DNA of 64,000 bases from Octopus sinensis (Eukaryota), in the NCBI RefSeq assembly GCF_006345805.1, contig NW_021836298.1, forward strand, positions 1-64,000. The letters are read 5' to 3'. This document shows, piece by piece, positions 13,116 through 25,725 of the stretch. The notes under the pieces are model-generated. The model was not told where the DNA came from. It made no database searches and saw only the letters and a program-made list of their open reading frames with translations. Numbering within the stretch: the stretch's first letter is position 1; each line of letters starts with the position of its first letter. Position numbers and translations under genes: made by a program.

Positions 13116-14081
13116 GAAACTCAAACCAGTAACTACCCAATACTGAGAGAATTTATGTTTTGAAGTACCACCTAATTGGGGTCCCACTATTTTTACTGCA
13201 TTTTAAAATAAATACATGGCATTGGAGCAATGACGATAAATTTCATACCATGAATGCCCAGGGAGTATCGTAAGGAGGTTCGATTTCTTTTCTACTCTGG
13301 GCACAAGGCCCGAAATTTTGGGGACTGTCGTGTAGATTAACCTCAGTATGCAACTGGTACTTCATTTATCGTTCCCAAGAGGATGAATGTCAAAGACGAC
13401 CTTGGCGGAATTTGAACTCAGAACGTAAAGACAGACTAAATACCGCTAAACTTTTCGCCCGGCGTGCTAACGTTTCTTATTTCTTTACTACCCACAAGGG
13501 GCTAAACACGGAGAGGACAAGCAAGGACAGACAAACGGATTAAGTCGATTACATCGACCCCAGTTCATAACTGGTACTTAATTTATCGATGCCGAAAGGA
13601 TGAAAACAAAGTTGACCTCGGCGGAATTTGAACTCAGAACGTAGCGGCAGAGAAAATACCACTAAGCATTTTGCCCAATGTGCTAACGTTTCTGCCAGCT
13701 CACCACCATAGAAGGTTCAATTTAAATTCTGAAGGGCCTCTTAAATGGGGCTCCACTTACCCCCTTCTCCTATTTTTACTTGCTCCTGTGTTTATTGATT
13801 GAATTATGACCAGCATCAGTGCTTAGCATATTTACAGAAGCTACCCCTGAAGCTGCCTTACCATAGTAAGGGATAAAGATAGGTTAGGCTGAAGCAATTT
13901 GTTTATGAAGCCTTTATCGTGTATCTAACACATACACAGAGCAAATTATAGAAGACATCATGAAGGTTAACTCTATTGACAGACAGTTTGATCAAGTACC
14001 CAGTAGAAGATAATAACGACACATTGATATTCACCCGGATTTTCATGTAAATTTTCATTTTCTATTTTTACCTCCACAAAG

Positions 14082-14254
14082 GGTTCAGTGAAATCAGAAT
14101 TGAAGAACAATCAGAAAATGACACTGTTGCTTGAAGCCGTTTCCAGGGGCCACCTCGCGAAATGCTGTTGATAGTGAAGGCAATAACTGTTTGCACCTTG
14201 CTATGAAAAGAGATGTTTAATTCCGAGGGTACACCCATGGATATTTTAGATGAG
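14082..14254 (+). pseudogene. Copy A ankyrin exon(s) with two frameshifts and a dead donor
   Basis: GSVKSELKNNQKMTLLLEAVSRGHL / NAVDSEGNNCLHLAMKRDV / NSEGTPMDILDE in shifting frames, followed by ATAAAT instead of GTAAAT. Confidence 0.8.
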
Positions 14255-16699
14255 ATAAATTTTACAATTGTTTGTAAATATATATCCCCCTCACTCCATC
14301 CTGTAAGGAATTCCAGACGCGAGTTGATGTCCACAACTTTGTGCGCCGTGTCCGGTTGGGTGCGCATTACCACGACTCGCCACCCACACCCAACGAAGAG
14401 GACTGCTTCACTGGCCTGGGCCGCCGACCATCCCCGTGGACGCCTGCCCCTGGCCAGATCCTAGCAGTGGATCTTTTCGCGGGCGCTTGTCAGCGTGCAT
14501 TGGAGCGGTTCAACTTCTCCAGGCGCCAACGCCGCCTCAACATCTCCCCGGCTGAGCTCTTGGCTCTTCGTTTCCTCCAACGGCGCGCTGACATTATCAT
14601 CAAACCGGCTGACAAGGGTGGAGCTGTAGTGGTGTGGCGCGCGGACCTCTATAGGGCCGAGGCTTTCCGCCAACTCAATGACACCTCCTTCTATTCCCCT
14701 CTGCCCTCTAACCCCACACGTAGCTACCAACAGACGGTATCCTCTACTGTCGGCGACCTCATCTCGTCCTCCCGTCTCCCCCGCACCGCATCCAACCTAA
14801 TTGTGCGAACCCCACGTACCCCCACCATTTACTTCCTCCCCAAAATCCACAAACCCAACAACCCTGGCCGCCCCATCGTCTCCGCCTGTAACTGCCCCAC
14901 GGAGCTCATCTCTAAATACCTCGACCGTGTCCTTGCCCCCCTAATGGCATCTCTTCCCTCCCACATCCACGATACCAACCATGCTCTCCGGCTTTTCAAC
15001 TCTTTCTCCTTTCCTCCCGGCTCCTCCAAAATCCTTTTTACTATGGACATCCAAAGCCTCTATACTGTTATCCCTCACCACGAAGGACTGCAGGCCCTTC
15101 GACACTTTCTTGACCTCCGTTCTAACCCTGTACCTGACACCTCCACACTCATTCGTCTGGCCGAACTTGTCCTTACTCTGAACTGCTTCTCGTTCGCGGG
15201 CGAGTTCTACCATCAGTCTCGGGAGTGGCCATGGGAACGCGAATGGGCCCCAACTATGCGAACCTGTTCGTTGGCTATGTTGAGGCCCAAATATTCTCTA
15301 ATTTCACTGGTCCCACTCCTGAACTATATGGTCGTTACATTGACGACATTATCGGTGCCACCTCACTCACCCGTGAACATCTAGATTCCTTCCTCTCTTT
15401 CGTCCAATCTTTCCATCCAGCCCTCCACTTCACTTCCACTATCTCCAACACCTCTGTCTCCTTCCTCGACATTTCGGTTAGCATTCTTCACTCCACTCTT
15501 ACCACCTCCATTCACTACAAACACACAGACTCACACTCATATCTCAACTTCTCTTCCTCCCACCCAGAACACACCAAGCTTTCCATCCCCTATTCCCAAT
15601 TCCTCCGTCTACGTAGGCTCTGTAGTGACGACCATGACTTTGAGACTCAGTCTCAACGTATGGCTCACCACTTCACCCTACGTGGATACCCCCTCACCAC
15701 TATCCACACCGCCCTTGCCAGAGCACGGTCCGTGGACCGTGTATCTGCTCTCTCTCCCCGAACCCGCCCTGTAGTCTCCCGCCTCCCTTTTCCCCTCACT
15801 TACCACCCCACGACCCTACGTCTCCAACGCACCATTCTTCGAGCTTTCCGTCATCTCCAGTCCGACCCGTCCACTTCACACCTCTTCCCTAACCGACCCC
15901 TCCCCTCTTTCAAACGAGCCTTCGAGACCTTCGAGACCTTTTGGTCTATAGCTCCTTCCCTGACCCTACCTCCCAACCCGGCTCGTTCCCCTGCTCCCGC
16001 CCACGTTGCCGCATTTGCTCTTACCTCTCCAACACCACCCGCCTCACTAGCACCCACCATCGACCCTATCCCATCATCCACTCCTTCACCTGCACCTCCA
16101 GCAATATTATCTATTGCGTCTCTTGCTCTCTCTGCAATTCCTTGTACATCGGACAAACGGGACGCCGCTTGGCTGACCGGTTCGCGGAACACCTTCGTGA
16201 CATCCACCTTGCGAACGACACACCGGTCTCACGCCATTTCCGCTCCACCGGTCACTCCTTGCAACACCTATCTGTGTTCGGTTTGTCCTTACACAGAGGC
16301 CATCCGGATTCCCGTTTGCGCCGTGAACAGGAATTAATCTTCTCTCTTCGCTCTTATACGCCATTTGGTCTCAACTCCCCCCTCCTCATCTAACCCCCCT
16401 CTCCCCCCTCCTCACCTATCCTTCCCTCCCGACCCCTACTTCTTCAGTCCTTCATCCTTTCACCCCTACTCCCCTTCCCTTCTTCCCTCTTTCTCCCTCC
16501 CTCCTTCCCTCTTCCCCTTCCCTCTGCTCCCTCCCTCCCCTTCTCTCTCCCCCTCTCCCTCTTCCCCCTCCTCCTCCACCTTCCTTATCCCCCTCCTCTC
16601 CTCTTCCCCCTCCCCTCCCCCTCTTCTCCCCCTCCCCTTCTCCACCCTCTTCTCCCCCTCCCCCTCTTCTCCTCACTACAACACACGACTTTACACATC

Positions 16700-17070
16700 A
16701 CATCATATATGATGTGCCATACTAATACATACACCAACTAATACATACTAATACGTACTAATACATACTAATACATACTAATACATACACCAACCCTATA
16801 CATACACACGTCCAGACCCCTCATACGCACTTATACTCTCTCATACACACACACACACACTTATACATACTAATACGTACTAATACATACTAATACATAC
16901 TAATACATACACCAACCCCATACATACGCACTCCAGACCTATCCTACGCACTAATACTCTCTCATACACACACACACACACACACACACACCCTTATACA
17001 TACTAATACATACTAATACATACACCAACCCTATACATACACACGTCCAGACCCCTCCTACGCACTAATA
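16700..17070. repeat. (ATACTAATAC)-based minisatellite with a higher-order unit of about 120 bp
   Basis: Recurrent CATACACCAACCCTATACATACACACGTCCAGACCC. Confidence 0.8.
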
Positions 17071-17163
17071 GCTGGTCATTCAACCCTATTATCAACCCTA
17101 TTATCTCCCCTTATTTCGCTCTCGCGTCTCATGTTTGATCTTTGACCTCTGGCCGAAATCAGA

Positions 17164-17374
17164 TCGCCATGTTGATTCGTTAGTTACTGCACGCATTTTT
17201 TTTCTCTCCTTCTTTCTGTGTTTTTTTTCTCTCTGTGTATCTTTCTGTTGAAGAGCGTAGGCTCGAAACGTTAAAGACTTGTTTTATTTATATTTCCTGA
17301 GCGCCATACTAATACAATTGTTTGTTTGTTTTCCACCTGCCTTCGTCTTTTGTCTATTTTCATAAAGCTTCCCG

Positions 17375-17375
<1 letters not shown>
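17164..17375 (+). repeat. Penelope-type pseudo-LTR with hammerhead-like motif (17240-17277)
   Basis: TCTTT CTGTTGA AGAGC GTAG GCTC GAAA CGTT AAAGA; family copies at 28093-28305 (-), 56075-56258 and 58421-58606. Confidence 0.7.
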
Positions 17376-17408
<33 letters not shown>

Positions 17409-17900
17409 GTGTGTGTTTGTGAGAGAGAGACAGAAAGACAGACAAGTTTTGCTTGTCATGTATCAATTCTCCCCTATCAACCCCATCCTCCATTACCATT
17501 CCGTGATCCAGTCTCCCCTTATGACCCAAGTGATATTATGAAACAAACAATATTCCATCTCCTTTCACTCTCAAAGATGTCGTCTCACCACGGTCGAGAG
17601 GTGACCCATCTCGGTTGTTGGCCATATAAACACATCCATCACAATGTGACGGAGAAGTGGCCTTTTTAATAGAGGAGATATTATTCTCAATTAACAATGA
17701 TGCAGGATAGAAGAGATGTCTGAGCTTTATAGTGCTGGTGCCATGGTAAATACATCCAGTCCATTCTATGAAGAATTCTGAGTGAAACTGCTCTCTATCC
17801 TACTTCTTGTACATGACATGTATCCACTGACTTCTTGTAGACATATAACAATTCTATATTTAAGAGATGAGGAATTACGTACATTATTTACATTTGACAC

Positions 17901-18366
17901 GCATATGGCATAGTGGTTAAGAGCGCAGGCTACTAACCCCCAAGATTCCAAGTTCAATTCCAGGCAGTGACCTGAATAATAATAATAATATCGAAAATAC
18001 CTTAGGAATGAGAACCCAGGTTCGAAATTTCCCCAAGACACCCGATGAAGGCCGGAGGGTATATCAGCCGAAACAACAAGATGAGGACAAATATCCGTCA
18101 GTTGTAAATAATGTAACCACTACACCATATGCATGTGGGCATATGGCATAGTGGTTAAAAGCGGGGCCTACTAATCCCAAGATTCTGAGTTCGATTCCAG
18201 GGTGTGACCTGAATAATAATTATAATAGCATCGAAAAATACTTAGGAATGAGAACCCAGGTTCGAAATTTCCCCCAAGACAATTGATAAAGGCTGGAGGG
18301 TATATCAGCTGAAACGTCGTGTTAACAACAAACAAGATAAGGACATCCATCAAATGTAAATAATGT
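17901..18366 (+). mobile_element. Tandem pair of tRNA-headed short elements carrying hammerhead-like motifs
   Basis: Copies 17901-18115 and 18137-18366; A box TGGCATAGTGG, B box GTTC(A/G)ATTCC; hammerhead-like motifs at 18037-18074 and 18278-18323. Confidence 0.75.
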
Positions 18367-19038
18367 CATAACAATGTTCAACGTTGGGACACTAGAGAAT
18401 GGATACAATGAAGCATGGTCCTTAGTGAGTTTTCCTGTATTTAAGTTTTGTATGTACAGTTAGGTACACACACACACACATGAAGGTAATGATTTTAAGT
18501 TTAGGTATACACCTTCTAGTATGCTGGTTAAAGCCTGTTCACCGTATTCGGCTATCTGATGTCATCAACAGTACAGATTTAAATACCATTGGATTTACTT
18601 CATGTCCGTAGATTTTTATGAAATATGAGACAAAGAATATGGAATGAAGAGTCTCATGAATTCCATTTTCCTTTCTTCCATATTTTCTCATATCATATAT
18701 ATATATATACATATATATACATACATATCATCGTCATCATTTAACATCCGTTTTCCATGCTAGCATGAGTTGGACAGTTCGACCAGGGTCTGCGAAGCCA
18801 GGACGCTGCACCAGGCACCAGTCTGATCTGGCAGAGTTTCTACAGCTGGATGCCCTTCCTAACGCCAACCACTCCGTGAGTGTAGTGGGTGCTTTTTACG
18901 TGCCACCAGCACAGGGGCCAGAGGAGACTGGTTAACGGCCACGATCGGTTGGTGCTTTTACGTGTCACCGGTACGGGTGTCTTAACTACAATTTCCATTC
19001 AATTTTCATTTGATGTTGGTGTTAATGTACTTGACTCA

Positions 19039-19109
<71 letters not shown>

Positions 19110-19175
19110 CAGAGAGAGAAAGAAAAAGATAAATTAAGACATGGAATCAAACACATGCTATTTAAACCATCTATA

Positions 19176-19265
19176 CTTCCAACATATATTTCGAGAAAAG
19201 TATTGAGATTCTTCCAGAGAGAATAAAAAAATATGTAAAACAATGCAATCATCTCATCAGGGAAG
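19176..19265 (-). ncRNA. Degenerate hammerhead-like motif
   Basis: CTTCC CTGATGA ... GAAA TATAT GTT GGAAG: 5-bp stem I, near-palindromic stem III, stem II only about 8/13 paired. Confidence 0.4.
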
Positions 19266-19550
19266 GAAAGGAACAAAACACATCAATAAACCATTTTAAC
19301 AGAATGTGATTACCGCGTACGTTAGTAGTATATGATGTAAGGAGAAAGCGAGCAAGTTATTTTTTAAAAAGCCGTTAATAGATTGTCAAAAGGAATATTT
19401 CACCATTTTTCTACATTTAGACATATTGACAAACGCAACAATACTGGGCTTCGTAAATTAATGTCGAAAATAAAGTCAAAAACGAATGAGAATGGGAAAT
19501 GATCTGAATTAGAGATGATGGAGGTAGTAAATATTTTATAATTGGTTTAA

Positions 19551-19757
19551 CCCTTTCGTTACTGTATATATTTTGAGATGCTCTGTGTTTCTTTCAATTA
19601 TTTTAAATATAACAAAGAATTTAGTAAAATAACTTATCATTCAGCTAGTGTTAGGAACATAAATTGTGACTAAGGTTTGGTGGAAGATTTTAATTCAGAA
19701 CTTTTGAAAACAAGACATTTGTACTACAGAGCCTGAGCTGGGTTGGTAACGAAAGGG
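19551..19757. mobile_element. piggyBac-type MITE
   Basis: TTAA|CCCTTTCGTTAC...GGTAACGAAAGGG|TTAA; second copy at 10364-10583; a different related MITE at about 21333-21553. Confidence 0.8.
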
Positions 19758-19873
19758 TTAATTACTGGATAAACAAACTATGACTAGATTTATATGATCT
19801 GTTCTGTAATTAGAGGTATCTGTTATGAATATTTGTGTAATATTGTTATCATTTTATATTTCATCCTTTGTAG

Positions 19874-20006
19874 TGCTGCACTGAGCTCAGCTTGAGCAAA
19901 GACGAAAGGTTCTCTGGCCTTGTGGTTACCAGATATCTAGCCAGCCATTGGACCTCATTAAAAACTCAAATTTGAAAACAAAATTACAAACATTTTTACC
20001 GCCACA
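19874..20006 (+). pseudogene. Copy A last ankyrin exon with a 43-nt deletion
   Basis: CCTELSLSKDERFSGLVVTRYLAS//LDLIKNSNLKTKLQTFLPP; 133 nt versus 176 nt for the homologous exon of B (60865-61040). Confidence 0.9.
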
Positions 20007-20439
20007 GTAAGTATTTCCTGGCAATGACAAGATAAACTATTTTGTATATAATAATCATGTTTATATGTGTGTTTCGTTTAAGTTCTAACAATAAATAAAA
20101 CTGTTGCTAGTGTTTTGATGAAAGGTAGCACAAAACAACAATTGTAGTTGTTGGGTGGTCAAAGAAAGAACACTGTTTCAATTACATTCACATAATGGGT
20201 TCTATTGACAGAGGTACCTCACTGGCACCCCACATTTTATGTATGTGTGTGTGTGTGTGTGCATGGACTATTTAGCTACACACAAATCTGCCAATATGTA
20301 ATGGTTTAAAGAATTTCTGATGTGCTCTTGATTGTCACTGAAGTCTCTCATAATATTCTCTTCTGTAAACACGTACGCAATGTCATATTTCTTATAAATG
20401 AATGTCATTGATTAGATATGTTTGTATTTCATTGCACAG

Positions 20440-20579
20440 ATGATTGTGGTGCAGAAATAAAGCGGCCACAACAAAAGTTCATCCCTGTGGACACCTTGTG
20501 ACATGTGAAGAATGTTCAAACGTTCCACTGAAACGATGTCTGAGGTGTTTAAAACCTGTAACAAGCAGAAGTCGAGTTG
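20440..20579 (+). pseudogene. Copy A RING exon with a nonsense codon
   Basis: *LWCRNKAATTKVHPCGHLVTCEECSNVPLKRCLRC has C3HC4 spacing; the first Cys codon is TGA (TGT in B); AG/GT boundaries intact. Confidence 0.9.
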
Positions 20580-20809
20580 GTAAGAATGCTCTTTGATGAT
20601 CTGTCTGTTTGTCCTGCTTGTCTCATTGCCCTTATTGTGTAGAATAAAATGTAAAATTAAATACTATCAGCAACAATGTTTAACAAAGGGATTAGGTGTA
20701 TGTTTATCCTTCTTGAAGTGGTTGTGACATTTGTTTGTTATTGGATCTTTGATGTATAACTTGTCTGACATTGGAATTAAGCAGATTGTTAGTGAAGATT
20801 AGTCTTGAG

Positions 20810-21165
20810 AACAATGCCATGTAATAGATTTGGCATACGGAAAGAGAGCGACCCCTTCAGTCATGACTGTCCATGAGATTGAACCTAGAAAGTTACTCTC
20901 CCAGACACAAGTCCGGACAAAGTTGATTCTGGAAGACCAGCAGTCGCCCAGGCTTCGCCTCTCCACGCCACCAGCGTTATCCATGGGGAGAGCAAAGGGG
21001 CCGATACAGCTTGGCCCTAGCTTTTGTTACAGCTGAGTGAACTGGAGCAACGTGAAATAAAGTATCTTGCTCAAGAACACAACACGCAGCCCGGTCCGGG
21101 ATTCGAACTCACAACCTCGCGATATTAAGCTCAACGCTCTAACCACTGAGCCATGCGCCTTCACA
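20810..21165 (-). mobile_element. tRNA-derived SINE (family 3)
   Basis: Minus strand GGCTCAGTGGTTAGAGCG...GTTCGAATCCC followed by GTGTTGTGTTCTTGAGCAAG. Confidence 0.75.
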
Positions 21166-21671
21166 TGATTTGGCACAGATATAAGCAAAGTAAACAAAAC
21201 TTAGAGAGAAACTGTAATTAAGTGATAATTAAGTGATATAATTGCAACATTGTTAGATTATGTAAGATGTCTTAATAGAGGACATTTACGAAGATCAATC
21301 AAATGTTTGTTTTGGATCTAAATATTGTTGAATCCTTTAGTGTTCAGATTACTCTGTTAAATGTAATATTTTTTTTATTCAAATTGTTTTGAATTAATCA
21401 TGCATTATCTTATATCTTTGAGGTTTCAATGGTGCGATTGTTTATTTTTAGAATGTCAATTTAGGTTTGGTATGAGAGGCTTAATATTGCCAGTTTGGAT
21501 ATAAAACATATAGAATATTTGAGCCGGATATAGCCGGTTTAAACACTAAATGGTGAAAGTATAAAATTATTGTCCAAAGCCATTGTGATTGCTGGTTGAC
21601 CATTCATGTTAGGAATGTCTCTCAATAATAAAATTTAGATTGTTAATAAAGATAAAGACTTTTACTATAAC

Positions 21672-22050
21672 ACTAGCAGTATCGCCCGGCGTTGCGCGGG
21701 TTTGTTTCGACCCTTTAGAACTGGAATTTTTGAAAAGTACAATTTTGGAATTATATAGCTTGTTATTCTCTTTAAGTGAACATTTTTCTGGTTGAAATAC
21801 ACCGAAAAATGGCGACATATCAGTAAAAAAATCGTAAAAAATAGGGATTTTCATAGAAAAAAGCACCTTTTTGATGTAAATAATTTTTGGTGTTAACATG
21901 GTCCGATTCTGGTACGGAAGGGAAGAGCAAGCCTTCTTCTATCATACTCTCAATTTTGGTCAGCTTGCACCACAGGATCTCAGAGGAGATAATTTTAGTT
22001 GAAGGCTACCAAACCTGCCATACACAGACAACTTCAGCTTTATATATAGA
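21672..22050 (+). mobile_element. HINE-like element at the site of the missing Death-domain exon of copy A
   Basis: ACTAGCAGTATCGCCCGGCGTTGCGCGGG start, CTTTATATATAGA end. Confidence 0.7.
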
Positions 22051-22097
22051 AATATTGTTAATACTGTTGCTGTTATTTCTTATTGTATCTTTTGCAG

Positions 22098-22303
22098 GTA
22101 TTTTTTTAGGAATTCCAGCAATTGACCAGGATATTATCAAGAACGTTTTCCCTTGTGACACAGTAAAACAGAGTTATCAAATGCTTTGTGAGTGGTTTAT
22201 AAATTGTAAACCAGAGGAACGTACAGTTGAGACCCTCAGAAGAGGCCTTAAAGATGCTGAGTGCTTTTCTGCCCTTGAGTATCTCTCATTATATGAACGG
22301 TGA
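22098..22303 (+). pseudogene. Copy A terminal exon, C-terminal part of the Death domain (open frame)
   Basis: TTTTGCAG| GIFLGIPAIDQDIIKNVFPCDTVKQSYQMLCEWFINCKPEERTVETLRRGLKDAECFSALEYLSLYER*; homologous to B exon 41456-41658. Confidence 0.88.
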
Positions 22304-24149
22304 ATTTCTGTGTAAATTCTGCTGTTGTTTACTCCCAGGTGAATGCTGACCAAAGAGAGAGACCTTTGACCAAAGTATAGAGAACCAAGAACCACATTCT
22401 CCAATGTGTCCTCCTTTACAATGATGAGGTGTGGAGTGCAGAGGAATTAGCTACTAATTCTAGCAGATCTATCTCTCACATAAGAGATACCCTTCACTGG
22501 TTTGGTTCCTTTGTTAGAAATTAGCTTTTGAAATAAAGATAAACTTTGAAATATCCGTTCGTTGTTGTTGCCATACTTAATTGCCTCCTTAAACGCTTCC
22601 ATTGTTATATCGGCAGATTTAACATCCTCCCATATGTTGATAGTTATCTACCTTCATTTGTAGCTGAGAGTAGAATGCTTGGTACTTAAGGTTATCCGGA
22701 AAGTTCATGTCGATTATTTAAGGAAATTAGAAGAGAAAACAATATTATGTGATTGAATATTTATTCAACTAAATATGAACCATTTTGTTGCACAACCTTT
22801 CTCCTTTCTCCATTTTTCCTTCAACATAAAGATTCCAGCATCCCAGAATTGGCTCCTATGCCAGCTTCCAAATCCTGTTTTATGATTAGGTAATATTTGT
22901 TAAACTTTAAACCTCACTAACCTTTTTCTGCAACTTTTCTGCAACAAACAAATAACGAAGTTATTTCAAGTTACTAAATTTGGAAATATTGACCTAGTTA
23001 TACTCTCCCAAAATATGTGACAGTAACAGGGATGTCCCTACAAAATTAGAGAGACAGACAGTTATAGGACGTGTCACACACACACACACACGTTTAAATA
23101 CGTACACACAGGGAATCACGAGTTTAAAATGTTGTATAATAGACATATGCATGTACCCTGTATGTATATACTCTTATGTATGCGTGTGTCTATGTGTGAG
23201 TGTTTCTTTGCCGATAAACATCAGAAAAGCCCCTTACTCTGTCTCTCATGAAAGCTACGTATTCATAAAATACACACTTCTCTGTGTATGTGTGTGTTGT
23301 ATCAATGTATTTACAAAAGTATGTATGCAGCGTCGCGTGTATACGACAGCTATATTAACATTAAAATCCCATTCTTGCTGATGTTCTCGCCTTCACTGAT
23401 TGAAGTCTCCCTCTCTCTTTGATACTCTCTTTCCGTCAAATTAATACGTTTTGCAACTTTATCATTTTAAAATTTTATTTGTTCCAATGCCCCTGGGTTG
23501 CACGTTATAGATTTTTATAGGAATCCAATTAGCTTATCACTTAACTGAATGTTAGTGTAACATGAACGGAAAGTTTCGTGAATATTGGTTCATTGGTTTA
23601 AACATTAAGATGGTAAAAGTCAGACAAAAATTGTCATTGATTTATGTGTGTGTGTGTATGCGGGTGTGTATCAGTGGCTGATTCCGTGAATGATAAAAGT
23701 GAAAATTATAAATCATTGGGGTAACTATTCGCAATTTACAACGAAAAAGCAAAAATATTGCTAGAAATACGAGCCAAATCAACTCTTAGCCAGGAGCCAC
23801 TGGTTGCTTTGGTATTTCTTATAAACAGACAAGGCCAGTTGAGTTTTAACCTTTGGCAACCACATGGAATGCATCACACATCCGAAATCATCGATGATCC
23901 GGCTCTGTCTTGCTTGCGCTATGGAGCTTGTATCCCTTGCTTACTGATGGCTAAGAGCCATTCTGACTCTTATTTCTAGCAATGTTGCTGCTGCTTACTA
24001 GCAACATTAGTCACTTCATATTATATATATATATATATGTGTGTATGTATGTATATATGTATATATATGTGTGTGTGTATATATATATATATATGTGTAT
24101 ATGTATATGTATATATATATATATATGTATATATATATGTGTATATATA

Positions 24150-24188
<39 letters not shown>

Positions 24189-24878
24189 ATTTAGACGACT
24201 GACCACTAAAAGTGGATAGCCTATATGCTAAACATAGACGTCAAATCGCCATTTACCACGAAGACTGTGTTCTCAAGAGAAATCTCAGCAAAAAGCCCAA
24301 GTGTAAACATAAGCGAAGACACATGAAAATATCCGAAATGAAAAACGATTCCCTATCTACCAATTGGTTTCACTTGTTAATATTTACGTATTTCGAATAT
24401 TTTCACGTGTCTCTGCTTATTTTTACACTTTGGATTTTTGCTGAGATTTTTCTTGAGAACCCATTCTTCGTGAAAAACGGGATGGACGCTTCGATTTTGT
24501 TTTGGTGCCTCGCTCTGTTGTACAGGACTATGAGGATTTGCATCCCCAACGTAATTCGTCTCTTTCCCAAACTAATGTAATACATGTCCTTGGAGTAGTA
24601 ATTGTACGCGGCTGAAGAAGGCTATTGACATACAAATTACATCAATTATGCATTGATATAACCGTCTAATAAAAGCGGTTGGTGTTTACATAGGAAGCAC
24701 ACTGTCAGAGTTGGTTTGGAACCAACTTTAAGTTTTTAGTCCAACATATCAACCCAAGTAATATCTAAGCCCGACACTCATTCTATCGGTACAATTTGCC
24801 GCATCGCTAAGTGAGAGGGATGTTCACTGCGCTTGTCAAGCGTCGCTGGGACAATTAATGTATGTATCTATATATGTG

Positions 24879-24983
<105 letters not shown>

Positions 24984-25158
24984 ATGTATGTATGTACGTA
25001 TATATATGTATATATATATATGTATCTATGTATATATATATATATATATATACATATACGTACATACATACATACATACATATACACACACACAAACACC
25101 CACACACAATCTCTCTCACGGATGCACGTACAAACACATATTCATTTACCTGCATTTA

Positions 25159-25202
<44 letters not shown>

Positions 25203-25725
25203 ATGGACACATACACATAACTGTGATGGTAGTCGTTCACATTTTCCGTTGTGAGGTTTTGGGTGACTTCTTGCTTAAGAGACTTTCTGTCCTCGCCTGC
25301 TGCATTTTAATTGACAATAGAGATGTTTGATCTCCGAGTCGCTGGACATTGGGGGAAAACGGTTCTCCAGCGAAACGCAGCAGAACTGAAAAAGCATCGA
25401 TATTGTAAAATTCAAATGAAGTAGCCAGACGGGTGTATTTACACACAGACACACACACACACACACACACATGTTTATTTGTATGCATTTATATGTTTGT
25501 GGTGGTCGCGGTTGGTGTTTCAGTGTGTGATGGACACATTCATACACCTGTGATGGTAGTCGTTGACAATCTTGTTTGAGCAGTTGTTTTGCATAAGAGA
25601 CATCTTGTTCTCACCTGCGGTCTCTAACCTGACAATGGATCCGATTGATGTCAATGGCCCTTTGTTGTTCTACTTTTCACCTCTCAGGTGATTCTATCAA
25701 ATGGATATGATCTGCATAATGCCGA

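Larger units (their letters stand above)
14285..17375 (+). mobile_element. Penelope-like retroelement (RT + GIY-YIG endonuclease), 5'-truncated, two frameshifts
   Basis: ORFs 14341-15384, 15225-16337, 15941-16393: MDIQSLYT, AMGTRMGPNYANLF, RYIDDI, IIYCVSC...YIGQTGRRLADRFAEH; a pLTR-like repeat at 17164-17375 is inferred to be its 3' end. Confidence 0.9.
8692..22303 (+). pseudogene. Copy A: ankyrin-repeat + RING + Death-domain gene (MIB2-like ANK/RING module), disabled
   Basis: Seven exon remnants collinear with copy B. Lesions: frameshift in the A7 run (8715-8721); acceptor CGG (10691-10693); frameshifts at about 14160 and 14218; donor GT>AT (14255); 43-nt deletion at about 19946; TGA at the first RING Cys (20441-20443); first Death-domain exon missing. 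Confidence 0.9.

Noticed and set aside
17901-17975. Functional tRNA genes (also SINE heads elsewhere)
   Set aside because: A and B boxes are present but no complete cloverleaf was evident, and they continue into repeat bodies.
20441-20443. TGA at a conserved Cys as possible selenocysteine
   Set aside because: It lies downstream of several frameshifts and broken splice sites, the paralog has TGT, and no SECIS was recognised.
21887-22303. 138-aa ORF as a stand-alone Death-domain gene
   Set aside because: It starts at a non-ATG codon inside a HINE and runs through intron; only 22098-22303 is a true exon and helices 1-2 are missing.
24608-24680. CTGAAGA hammerhead-like start
   Set aside because: No GAAA after the putative stem II and no stem I partner.
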